Below, in pieces: positions 1 to 8,991 of a stretch of 64,000 bases of DNA. The stretch is from NCBI GenBank assembly GCA_934771475.1, contig CAKVMD010000004.1:1190-65189 (forward strand), given 5' to 3'. Within the stretch, counting starts at the first letter, position 1; every line of letters starts with the position of its first letter. Made by a program: the position numbers and the translations under genes. The notes beneath the pieces were generated by a model. That model made no database searches. It worked only from the letters and a program-made list of their open reading frames with translations, and was not told the origin of the DNA. Source of the DNA: an uncultured Clostridia bacterium. Its GTDB lineage: Bacteria > Bacillota > Clostridia > Christensenellales > UBA1242.

Positions 1-213
1 ATTTCCAAGCACAAAAACCGTTTAAATAAAAAGAGCATCGAATGTAGTGTAAAAAGGATAAAATGAAGTCAAAATTTGGGGTTGTTTTATACAGCGAGAA
101 GTCCAAATTGAACTCGCTAAAAATGCGAAATAGAAAATGCGGTATAAGTTTTGTTATCCACTTTTGTCAAAAGTAAAGGATGATGAATATATAGACCATA
201 TAAAAGGAGGAAT

Positions 214-1101
214 ATGAAACAACTATTTGAAGGCACAGGAGTTGCACTCATAACACCTTTTGATGGGGGCAACATTGATTATAAGGCGACAAAAATTTTA
301 ATTGAAAGGGAAATTGAATTAGGTGCGAAGGCGTTAGTGATTCTTGCGACAACCGGAGAAGGAAGCACGGTTACAGATAAGGAACGAGAGAAATTCATCC
401 GTTATTGCATCAAAATAAATGCGGGCAGAGCGAAAATTATTGTCGGTACTGGCAACAACAACTTTGAAAAATGTTATTATTTGACAAAAGAAGCAAAACG
501 CCTAGGCGTTGATGGCGCGCTTATTGTTACGCCTTACTATAATAAAACTACTCAAAAAGGTCTTGTGGAATTTTATCAAAAACTTGCAGAAATAAAACTT
601 CCTATTATCATGTATAATGTTCCATCGCGGACTGGGTTAAATATGGAACTTGACACTATTGAAAAGATAATAAATTCAAATGATTATATTTATGGCATTA
701 AAGAAAGCACAACAGACATTACTCGCATAAAAAATCTCTGTTATTTGTGTAGAGAAAAAATCGCTGTGTATAGTGGCGAAGACGGACTGAATTACATCTT
801 TTATTGTTTAGGAGGTAAAGGCGCAATAAGCGTAACTGCAAATGCTTATCCTGACAAGGTGGAAGAAATTTATAGGCTCACCAAAAGGGGACAATACGAG
901 GACGCATTGAGGGGGCAAGAGGAACTTGACCTTGTTAATGAGGCACTATTTTATGAGACAAATCCTATACCAGTGAAATATTATTTGTCGCTGATGGGGC
1001 TATGTTCCCCAGTAACAAGAATGCCACTTACAAGTTTAACAGAGAAAAATGAAAAACGGATAAAATCAGTATTTAAGGCATTTTCAGCGAAAGAAGATTA
1101 A
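214..1101 (+). CDS. dapA: 4-hydroxy-tetrahydrodipicolinate synthase
   Basis: 295 aa. Motifs TTGEGST, YNVPSRTG and GIKES (active-site Lys region). AGGAGG sits 6 nt before the ATG. Confidence 0.9.
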   Translation: MKQLFEGTGVALITPFDGGNIDYKATKILIEREIELGAKALVILATTGEGSTVTDKEREKFIRYCIKINAGRAKIIVGTGNNNFEKCYYLTKEAKRLGVDGALIVTPYYNKTTQKGLVEFYQKLAEIKLPIIMYNVPSRTGLNMELDTIEKIINSNDYIYGIKESTTDITRIKNLCYLCREKIAVYSGEDGLNYIFYCLGGKGAISVTANAYPDKVEEIYRLTKRGQYEDALRGQEELDLVNEALFYETNPIPVKYYLSLMGLCSPVTRMPLTSLTEKNEKRIKSVFKAFSAKED

Positions 1102-1129
1102 AAAACAGCGGATTTTCCGCTGTTTTTTT
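1101..1129. terminator. bidirectional intrinsic terminator between dapA and the convergent small gene
   Basis: Stem aacagcgga / tccgctgtt (9 bp, loop ttt), flanked by an A-run and a T-run. Confidence 0.8.
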
Positions 1130-1141
1130 AAAATGATTAAT

Positions 1142-1435
1142 TTAGTTTTCTTCCTTGTTTTCTTTTTGCTCTTCTTTTTCAGTTTCATCAGCATCGTCAT
1201 ATTGCTTGCATGCTAAAAGGTCAATTATTTTGCCTAGCGCAAAAATTATTAGTGTATAAATAAATGCACTTACAAAAGATTCTACGAAGATGCCAAAACT
1301 GCCCGATGTTGCGCCTGCAATAATTGCTATAATAAATTGAATTGTAAATATTGCTAGGGCAGAAAACTCAAAAATGTAAAATAATGTTTTTCCTATGCGA
1401 TTTTTGCTTGATGCTTTCAAAAAGTTCTTATTCAT
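1142..1435 (-). CDS. small two-TM membrane protein with acidic C-terminal tail
   Basis: The ORF-track start at 1465 is probably too early: AGGAGG lies 8 nt upstream of the internal ATG at 1435 (MNKNFLK...). Two hydrophobic helices, then DDADETEKEEQKENKEEN. Confidence 0.55.
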   Translation of the reverse strand: MNKNFLKASSKNRIGKTLFYIFEFSALAIFTIQFIIAIIAGATSGSFGIFVESFVSAFIYTLIIFALGKIIDLLACKQYDDADETEKEEQKENKEEN

Positions 1436-1527
1436 AAATAAACCTCCTATATTTATTTTACTCATTATTTGTGCTTAGTGCAACAAAAATTAAAAACATT
1501 TAAAAATGTGGCACAAAATAATTATGG

Positions 1528-2406
1528 TTAAATTTTTTCATGTTTGATAGCATGTGTTTTCTCGCAAGCGTTTTCGTGCAAAACGAGAGTGTTGCGCATG
1601 AGTTCTGCAATAGTCATTGGTCCAACACCGCCGGGAACAGGAGTGATAAACGAAGCCTTTTCTTTGGCTGATTCAAAATCGACATCACCGACAAGTCCAC
1701 TTTCAAGACGATTTATTCCAACATCAATAACAACAGCTCCTTCTTTTATCATATCGGCAGTTATAAACTTTGGTTTGCCTATGGCGACAATGAGGATATC
1801 TGCTTGTCGAGTTATTTCGGAAAGATTTTTAGTTCTTGAATGACAAAGGGTTACTGTTGCGTTATTGTGTTCCAAAAGACTTGCAACGCTTTTGCCAACT
1901 AGCAGGCTTCTGCCAATAACAACAGCGTGCTTTCCATCAATAGGCAAATTATAAAATTTTAAAAGGTCAATAATTCCAGTAGCAGTGCATGGAGCAATCA
2001 AGGGGTTCCCTGCAAAAAGTTTGCCTAAATTTTCGTCGGTCAGTCCATCAACATCTTTGCAAGGGGAAATCAGTGAAATCAATTTCCCTTCGTCAAGGTG
2101 CTTTGGCAATGGTAATTGCAGTAAAATTCCAGAAATGTTTTTGTCGCTATTTAGCGAAGTAATAACCTCTGCAACTTCTTCTTGACTTATGCTTGCGGGG
2201 AGTACTTTTAAAACAGAATTTATCCCAAGCGCCTTACATGCTTTTTCCTTGCTTGCAACATATACTTTGCTGGCAGGGTCATCTCCCACCAAAACACACG
2301 CAAGAGTTGGTGCTTTTCGACCGCGTGAAACATAATCACTATCAATTCTATTTGCAATCTCTTCTTTGAGTTTGCTTGCAACGAGTCTGCCATCTATAAT
2401 TTCCAT
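1528..2406 (-). CDS. folD: bifunctional methylenetetrahydrofolate dehydrogenase/cyclohydrolase
   Basis: MEIIDGRLVA..., motifs PASKVYV, LQLPLP, VIGRSLLVGKS and PVPGGVGPMT. Start moved to the ATG at 2406, which has an upstream AGAGG. Confidence 0.9.
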   Translation of the reverse strand: MEIIDGRLVASKLKEEIANRIDSDYVSRGRKAPTLACVLVGDDPASKVYVASKEKACKALGINSVLKVLPASISQEEVAEVITSLNSDKNISGILLQLPLPKHLDEGKLISLISPCKDVDGLTDENLGKLFAGNPLIAPCTATGIIDLLKFYNLPIDGKHAVVIGRSLLVGKSVASLLEHNNATVTLCHSRTKNLSEITRQADILIVAIGKPKFITADMIKEGAVVIDVGINRLESGLVGDVDFESAKEKASFITPVPGGVGPMTIAELMRNTLVLHENACEKTHAIKHEKI

Positions 2407-2698
2407 AACTTCACCTCTTATAATACATTTTAACATCATTTTAATCTTTTTGTCAAATTAAACAGGTTTTATTATCGTATATTGCAAAAAATGTTTTAAC
2501 TTTTCGTCAAAATTATCTGGGGCGGTTTATGGTGCTATATTTTTCGTCATGTGTAATATTTTTTATTGTACAATAAAATATTTACCATTTGATTCGTAAA
2601 TATCAATTGATTTTTAATGCTAATTATAAAATACTCCCGCTCAATGCGAGAGTATTTTTGCAAAGTTGATAAAGAAAGTAAAATGATTGTGGGGAACG

Positions 2699-4012
2699 CT
2701 AGTTGTTGTCGAGTTTAGAGACATCGACTACTGTGTCATGAGGAATAGGTTTCCATTCGATTTTTTTAAACAATGCAATATAACTTGTCCACTTGCCAAT
2801 TATATCAAAAAATGGAAACATTAAAATATTGAAAACAGATTTCCAAAACTTTGGCTTCTCAATTGCGTTAATTTCTTTTCTATAAACTATTAAAACCAGC
2901 ATTTCAACAAAAAGTTTCCCCGCCCAAGTGGTTGCTAAACCTATCAAATATGATATGAAAAATGCATAAAGCCAGCCTACAAAATTGGAAGCGAGAACAG
3001 CGATTATTATTTGCATTGTCCATTTAATAATTTTTCTACATACACTTTCAATGTGAAAAGGGAAATTTAACCAGAAAAAGTCATATTGAATGAAAAAGTT
3101 TTTGTTTTTAGAGAACATGTTTTTAATAAGTTTAGGGCAGTTTTCAACTGCTGATTGTAGGTGCCCTTTACTCCAACGCAACCTCTGTTTAAACGCCACC
3201 TTTAAAGAGTAGGGTTGTTCATCATAGAATTTTGCATCTTCAACATAGGTGATTTTATAATTTTGAATAACAGCGTCAGTACAAAAACTACGGTCTTCGG
3301 TGAGTGTAACATATTTCCAACCATCTTTTACAAGTTCGTTTGAGAACAAAAAACCAGTTCCTTGGACGCGACAAGCTTGATTTAAGATTGCTTTTGCTCT
3401 GTTTTCTGTAAGGGTTGTGCGCATCCAGTGCATTGCGTAACCATACGATATCCAATTTTGGTGCATGTTTTTACTGTTTCTAAAAGAAGTAATTATTTTA
3501 TTGACTTCTCCCTCCCCCGCATCGAAGGCCTCGTTCATGCGAGTTACATAATCCGAAGCGAGGACATTGTCAGCATCAAAGATAAAATATCCTTCAAATT
3601 CTTCTGTGCCGTGCTCAAAATTCTCCTTGACTTGCTCAAACAAGTATTTAAGTGCAAATCCTTTGGTCTTTTCTTCCTTGCAGTTGCGCTCGTAAACATA
3701 AATAGGAAGGTCAAGATGTTCACTTGCATATTTTCTAATTATATCCGCTGTGTCATCAGTACAATTATTGGGACAAACCAAAACTGCAAGTTTGTCTTTG
3801 GGGTAATTTTGATTATAAATGCTTTCAAGTAAATTTTTAATAACGTTTCGCTCATTTCTGGCGGCGATACAAATCGCAAATTTATGCTTATTTTCTATTT
3901 TTTTGAAATGTTTTACCTTGAATACACCTATAACAGCAAAAATGGCTTGATAAGCAATTAAAACTGTTAACATAATGCCAATGGCATCGCAAATTTTGAT
4001 TACAATTTCCAT
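2699..4012 (-). CDS. membrane-integrated family-2 glycosyltransferase, processive-synthase type
   Basis: N-terminal TM, GT2 core (AARNE, DADN) and a QRLRW (QxxRW) motif, followed by C-terminal TM helices. This is the architecture of PgaC/IcaA/cellulose-synthase-like enzymes. Confidence 0.75.
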   Translation of the reverse strand: MEIVIKICDAIGIMLTVLIAYQAIFAVIGVFKVKHFKKIENKHKFAICIAARNERNVIKNLLESIYNQNYPKDKLAVLVCPNNCTDDTADIIRKYASEHLDLPIYVYERNCKEEKTKGFALKYLFEQVKENFEHGTEEFEGYFIFDADNVLASDYVTRMNEAFDAGEGEVNKIITSFRNSKNMHQNWISYGYAMHWMRTTLTENRAKAILNQACRVQGTGFLFSNELVKDGWKYVTLTEDRSFCTDAVIQNYKITYVEDAKFYDEQPYSLKVAFKQRLRWSKGHLQSAVENCPKLIKNMFSKNKNFFIQYDFFWLNFPFHIESVCRKIIKWTMQIIIAVLASNFVGWLYAFFISYLIGLATTWAGKLFVEMLVLIVYRKEINAIEKPKFWKSVFNILMFPFFDIIGKWTSYIALFKKIEWKPIPHDTVVDVSKLDNN

Positions 4013-4134
4013 AATTATCCTTTGTCGCACAAATATTATAAGTATTTATAGTATATAGAAACTGCGCATTTAAGTCAAGTAGGTTGTCTTTGTATGGCTA
4101 AAAAACTCAGTTAAATTAATAACTGAGTTTTGTT

Positions 4135-4180
4135 TGGTGCGTCGCAAGGGATTTAGCCTCTGACCTTTCGTTCCGTAGAA
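4135..4180 (-). pseudogene. tRNA-Arg(ACG) 3'-half fragment (att-like scar)
   Basis: Matches the 3' 46 nt of the intact tRNA at 6737-6813 (19+19 identical nt, T-loop scrambled). Similarity ends in the anticodon loop. A hairpin plus T-run follows on the minus strand. Confidence 0.8.
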
Positions 4181-4556
4181 ATTAAGGATTGTAATTCGGG
4201 GGTTCGTGTTTTTTACCATATTTTATCGTATCTTACCGTATTAAAAAATGGCTAAAACCCTTTATTTTCCTAGGCTTGCCTTAACTCATACCTATATTAG
4301 CACACAAAATAAAAAAATACAAAACAATATAGCAAAAAACGATAAAATTGCAAAAATCTTGCATTTTTGTTGCAAAAATTTGTAACGAAAATAATAAAAC
4401 CCATAAAATTTTGTAAAGTTTTTTATCTAAGTTGTGAAAATTTAAAAATTCATATACAGATTTGAAAGTTTTGTGTTATAATACTAATACAAGTTGCAAA
4501 GATACTCTTAATTTTTGCTCCACTTATGCAACTAAAAAAACAAAAAGGAGAATATC

Positions 4557-6080
4557 ATGACAAAGAAAAAATTCTATAAATTGGCAGTTTTTATACTATT
4601 TGCTATTATACCAACGTTTCTATTATTGTCAGCATGCGGGAAAAAGGCTCCAAAATATTACTATTTCACAGTTGATGCGCTTCCCTCGCATGTTGAAGAA
4701 GTGACAGTTCAAAATACAACTGGTGGCTACGGTTCAGATAGTAAAGGAAAATTCTTGGTGAAGGGTGATGTTGCTGAAATTAGATTTTTTATTGAAGAAG
4801 GATACAACCTTGGAACTTTGAAAGTTTTAAGCAATGGTGAAGAACTCACTCTTACAGAAGAAGGCGAATATGCCTATAAAGCAACCTTCAAACCTACCGA
4901 AGATTTTGCAATTACATTTACTGGGGCTGTTGCACCAAAAGTTGCAAACATTCGTCTTTCTGTTGCAAAACCGATGTATTCAAGCTATCATGACAGAATT
5001 ATGGTTGAAATTGACAGATATGATTTATTTGGACTTGAAAAAGGAAAAATGAATTTTACAGAGTTTAAAGAGGCTGTTGAAAATATTGGAAATTCACCTG
5101 CTCAAATAAACTATGATATGCCAATTACTGTTTCAGTTTATACAGTTGGTGCATATGATTTTGCAATTCAAAAACAAAATAGTGTTTGGATTTTGAATAA
5201 TGACAATTATACTGGGATTGGTTATAATAAGCAAGTTGAAAAGATTATTGATGAAGAAAACCAAAAATATGGTTATAAACATACAATCAGATTTTTAAAA
5301 GATAATACAATCATAATTCAAGACGAAGTTGTAGAAGAATATATAGTTGATTTTGTTCATGACTGGGATCATGTTTCAATAAATAATGATTTGTTCGCTC
5401 TTTCAGTGAATGGCGAAACTCGTGCCAAAACTTCAGGTTATTATTATATTCAAGGCGTTATCAAGTTCTCAGATTTCACAGGAACAGAATGTCCTAAACT
5501 TAAAATTGATTTCCTAAAATATGCCGATGAAAATTATAAAAACTTTTATGATGCTTTAACTTTTGATTTTGCTGGAACACAAGCACAAAGAAGCGCAGAT
5601 GGCTCATACGTTGAGATTGAATTTGATAAATATTATAATTATAATTTTGAACATGAGAGTTATGTTATTTCAACAAATGCACTTGAACTTTTGAAAACAA
5701 TGAATATGGTTACAGGAAAAAGTTCTCGCATTGTTGATAAAATTGAAATTAATGGAGATGAAGATTTCTCTCAATATGGTCATATTATAATTCCCGAGTT
5801 GAATAATGACAAGTGTGTTGGAAGATCAATTGAAGGAATTGTTTATTTCTTAAAAAATGAACTTTTAACTTTCACAATTAATTTTTATAGTGAAGTTGAT
5901 TATGAATTTGTTCGCATTGGAGAAGTTGTTGTAAAGGTTAATAGCACTTGGAACTCAGACGTTGTTGTAACAAAAAAACTATATGACTTTGATGGGGAAA
6001 CAAAAGCAAGCCTATTTATAATCACAGTGAGAGCAAGTGTTCCAACCGAAAAGATAGAAATTTTTACAAATAATCCTTAA
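4557..6080 (+). CDS. orphan lipoprotein (507 aa)
   Basis: Signal peptide with lipobox LLSAC-G. AAGGAG RBS. No family recognised. Confidence 0.8.
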   Translation: MTKKKFYKLAVFILFAIIPTFLLLSACGKKAPKYYYFTVDALPSHVEEVTVQNTTGGYGSDSKGKFLVKGDVAEIRFFIEEGYNLGTLKVLSNGEELTLTEEGEYAYKATFKPTEDFAITFTGAVAPKVANIRLSVAKPMYSSYHDRIMVEIDRYDLFGLEKGKMNFTEFKEAVENIGNSPAQINYDMPITVSVYTVGAYDFAIQKQNSVWILNNDNYTGIGYNKQVEKIIDEENQKYGYKHTIRFLKDNTIIIQDEVVEEYIVDFVHDWDHVSINNDLFALSVNGETRAKTSGYYYIQGVIKFSDFTGTECPKLKIDFLKYADENYKNFYDALTFDFAGTQAQRSADGSYVEIEFDKYYNYNFEHESYVISTNALELLKTMNMVTGKSSRIVDKIEINGDEDFSQYGHIIIPELNNDKCVGRSIEGIVYFLKNELLTFTINFYSEVDYEFVRIGEVVVKVNSTWNSDVVVTKKLYDFDGETKASLFIITVRASVPTEKIEIFTNNP

Positions 6081-6543
6081 TATTTATTACATCTTTATTT
6101 GATAGGTTTTTAAACTTTAAAATAAACAATAAAAAGAAAAAAATAAATGTATAAAACTGAACTAATTAAATTGCATAGATAGAAAATATACTTATTTTTT
6201 AAAATACAAATTGAAGGATGAGAAAATATGAATATTGATATTACCATCTTCTCTTTCTATAAATATTTGACAGATGAAGAAAAAGAAAAGATGTTAAATT
6301 CTAATAAAGATGAAATGTGCTAGGCAACATTGCCTAGCATTTTTTTGCAAAAATATAAAGGGCGATACAATACGGAAACATACGGTAAAATAAGGGTTTT
6401 CGCACCTTATTTCGTATTGAATTCGCATTTTATTCGCATTTTGGGGCGTTTATAGGGTAAAAAATGCGTTTTTTTGTATGTTTTTTGTGCTATTTTACTC
6501 GAACCCCTAGACATAAAAAAATCGGCAAGTTTTGCCGATATTT

Positions 6544-6599
6544 TGGTGCGCCATGGGCGATTCGAACGCTCGACCTTTAGTTCCGTAGACTAACGCTCA
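6544..6599 (-). pseudogene. second, divergent tRNA-Arg(ACG)-like 3' half
   Basis: The reverse complement reads GAGCGTTAGTCTACGGAACTAAAGGTCGAGCGTTCGAATCGCCCATGGCGCACCA. It has an anticodon arm, T-arm and CCA, but no matching 5' acceptor strand upstream. It is followed by its own terminator (atcggcaa/ttgccgat + T-run). Confidence 0.65.
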
Positions 6600-6736
6600 T
6601 TAGACGAGGAGAAGGATTGTCGCTTGCGAACAAGGATTCGACGAAGTCGCATCGCCCTAGGGCGATATCCAGCTGAAGCGAAGCTGGATAAGATAAATAA
6701 AAAATCCAGTTATCTAAAGAAAATAACTGGGTTTGG

Positions 6737-6813
6737 TGGTGCGTCGCAAGGGATTCGAACCCCTGACCTTTCGTTCCGTAGACGAACGCTCTATCCAGCT
6801 GAGCTAGCGACGC
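6737..6813 (-). tRNA. tRNA-Arg (anticodon ACG)
   Basis: 77 nt. Acceptor GCGTCGC/GCGACGC, D-arm GCTCAGCTGGATAGAGC, anticodon loop CTACGGA, T-loop TTCGAAT, encoded CCA. Terminator hairpin ccagttat/ataactgg is downstream. Confidence 0.95.
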
Positions 6814-7015
6814 ATATTGAATTGTTTATCTTTCGTGTTAAACGAAAGAAATATTGTGTTGTGTGTTACAAGAATAACACCTACTTTCAATGCCTTATCA
6901 TAATATCACAATTTCCACGAAAAATCAAGAGAAAATCATTTGCTTTTTAAATTTATTTTGATTTTATTCGTTTTGAAACTTTTTATTTGTGTGATACAAT
7001 AAAACTGAGAAGATT

Positions 7016-7600
7016 ATGTTAGATTACGAAAAGAAATTTCATGGAGAAATGCTGGCTGGCATCGATGAGGCTGGAAGGGGACCTTTGGCGGGACCTGTTG
7101 TTTGTGCGTGTGTGATAATGCCACTTGAAGAAGACAAAATTATTGATGGTATAAATGATAGCAAAAAACTTTCGCCTAAAAAGCGCGAAATGCTTTATGA
7201 CAAAATAATAGAAAGGGCAATTTGTTATAAAATAGTTGAAATTGATGAGAAAACAATAGATGAAATCAACATTTTGAATGCAACAAAACTGGGAATGGTT
7301 AAGGCTTTAAATGGGCTTAATATAAAACCTGATAGAGTGCTTATTGATGCTGTAAAAATCGACAGCGAAGTGAGCCAAGAAAACATAATAAAGGGAGACG
7401 CGCTATCTTACAACATTGCATCGGCGTCTATACTTGCCAAGGTTTACAGGGATAGACTTATGGACGAAATGGACAAACTTTATCCGCAATACGGGTTTAA
7501 AAAGCACAAAGGTTATGGGACAAAAGCGCACATCGAGGCACTTAAAAAATATGGAGAATGCCCAATTCACAGACAGACATTTATTAAACATTTCAAGTAA
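7016..7600 (+). CDS. rnhB: ribonuclease HII
   Basis: GIDEAGRGPLAGPVV motif. 194 aa. Confidence 0.9.
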   Translation: MLDYEKKFHGEMLAGIDEAGRGPLAGPVVCACVIMPLEEDKIIDGINDSKKLSPKKREMLYDKIIERAICYKIVEIDEKTIDEINILNATKLGMVKALNGLNIKPDRVLIDAVKIDSEVSQENIIKGDALSYNIASASILAKVYRDRLMDEMDKLYPQYGFKKHKGYGTKAHIEALKKYGECPIHRQTFIKHFK

Positions 7601-7654
7601 ATTTTAGTAAAAAAAATAAATTATAGGAAGTAAATTTTAAACAAGTTTAAAATT

Positions 7655-7791
7655 TGTGCTACGCACCTGCAAAGTAGCACCTTTGCACTTCCAATTTGGA
7701 TTATCATCAGTTTTGCTTGAATATAACTTCGGTGCATTCAGACAAAACTGATGATAATATAAATTATAGCCCCGCCAAGGGGCTTTTTTTG
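7655..7791 (+). ncRNA. structured region ending in an intrinsic terminator (candidate leader of the ZIP gene, rnhB 3'UTR or sRNA)
   Basis: Mutually exclusive hairpins gtgctac/gtagcac (7656-7662/7674-7680) and tgcaaag/ctttgca (7668-7674/7681-7687). A 16-bp perfect stem joins 7700-7715 to 7743-7758. Terminator agcccc-gcca-aggggct plus T7 at 7768-7791. Confidence 0.3.
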
Positions 7792-7849
7792 TAACAAAAA
7801 ACCGCGCAGAGGTTTATATTGATAATAGGGCTGTTTTAAGAGAGAACAA

Positions 7850-8629
7850 ATGTCAAATATAGCAATAACAATTATAGGAATTGCCTTTATTTTCCTCATG
7901 ACAACTTTGGGAAGTATGGTGGTCTTTGTTTTTAAGCGCCCGATTAAGGATAAAACAAAGTCATTAATGTTAGGCTTTGCTTCGGGACTTATGATTGCCA
8001 CTTCGGTGTGGTCGCTACTTTTGCCTTCTATTTCACAATCGCAAAACTATGGGGCGTTTAGTTTCTTGCCCGCAACTGTAGGAGTGATTTTAGGGGGACT
8101 TTTTCTTGCATTCTTGGACATATTTGTGCCTTGGCTTTTGTCGCGCAAAAAGGACAATGTGAGTAGTCTTGATAAAAGCAAAAAACTTTTTCTTGCGGTA
8201 ACTCTACATAATATCCCAGAGGGGCTAGCGGTGGGGCTTGCTTTTGGAAGTGCGTTTGTGGCGGGCGAGGCTAGTGTATTTTTGTCCGCTTTGTGGCTTG
8301 CAGTGGGAATTGGCATTCAAAATTTCCCAGAAGGCTCTGCGATTGCTTTAACCATAAAAGAGGTGAGTGGCAGTGCGCGAAAAGGGTTTTGGTACGGTTT
8401 TTTCAGCGGCGTGGTAGAGCCAGTAGTCGCGGTTTTAGGAATATTTCTTGCAACATTAATTTCGGCGGTTATGCCTTGGCTCCTTTCGTTTTCGGCAGGC
8501 GCGATGCTGTTTGTGGTGGTTGAAGAATTACTGCCAGAGGTAAAAGTTGCAGACAAAGGCAAGATTGGCTCATGGGGGTTCATTGCAGGATTTGTACTTA
8601 TGATGATTTTAGATGTTGCTTTTGGATAA
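7850..8629 (+). CDS. ZIP-family divalent metal (zinc) transporter
   Basis: Multi-TM protein with LHNIPEGLAVG and QNFPEG signature motifs. 259 aa. Confidence 0.85.
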   Translation: MSNIAITIIGIAFIFLMTTLGSMVVFVFKRPIKDKTKSLMLGFASGLMIATSVWSLLLPSISQSQNYGAFSFLPATVGVILGGLFLAFLDIFVPWLLSRKKDNVSSLDKSKKLFLAVTLHNIPEGLAVGLAFGSAFVAGEASVFLSALWLAVGIGIQNFPEGSAIALTIKEVSGSARKGFWYGFFSGVVEPVVAVLGIFLATLISAVMPWLLSFSAGAMLFVVVEELLPEVKVADKGKIGSWGFIAGFVLMMILDVAFG

Positions 8630-8672
8630 AAAGGCGGGATAGGCAAAAACTAATTTGCAGGAGGTCAAAAGG

Positions 8673-8864
8673 GTGGCATACTTTAATTACCATGCGAAAG
8701 TCAAAAAACTTATTCTTCAAGGGGACCTTGTAGGATATGAGTTTGTCGACAATTATAATGGCATTTCGCCTGCACTTGTTTTATATTTTAAGCATAGCCC
8801 GCCTATGCCTATTCGAGATTATCGGTGGGAAGAATATTTGCCTCTTATTGAAACATTGAATTAA
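8673..8864 (+). CDS. small hypothetical protein
   Basis: AGGAGG (8659-8664) lies 8 nt before the in-frame GTG at 8673, so the track start at 8655 (TTG) overlaps the RBS. No family recognised. Confidence 0.5.
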   Translation: MAYFNYHAKVKKLILQGDLVGYEFVDNYNGISPALVLYFKHSPPMPIRDYRWEEYLPLIETLN

Positions 8865-8991
8865 TATCTAAGTGGTTCCAACGACTTTTTTAGACATTTT
8901 TAGCTGGTTGTATAATTTATCAGCCCAATTTGCCTAATACTAAGATTGACAAACAACCCCTTTTGGAGTAAAATGACAAAAGAGGTTATTT

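Noticed and set aside
1-213. Lysine riboswitch upstream of dapA, and ZTP/THF riboswitch upstream of folD (2407-2698)
   Set aside because: I could not find the conserved cores of these riboswitch classes in either leader. Only a DnaA-box-like GTTATCCACTTTT (153-165) stands out upstream of dapA.
4186-6520. Inverted repeats flanking the lipoprotein gene (aaaaccctttatttt/aaaataagggtttt, cttaccgtatt/aatacgg, ggggttcg motifs)
   Set aside because: The shared motifs are short. Their order is not consistent with a single inverted or direct repeat. I could not establish true terminal repeats by eye.
6624-6950. 108-aa ORF over the tRNA-Arg region
   Set aside because: It runs antisense through the tRNA-Arg gene and its terminator. 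It has no RBS. It is an artefact.
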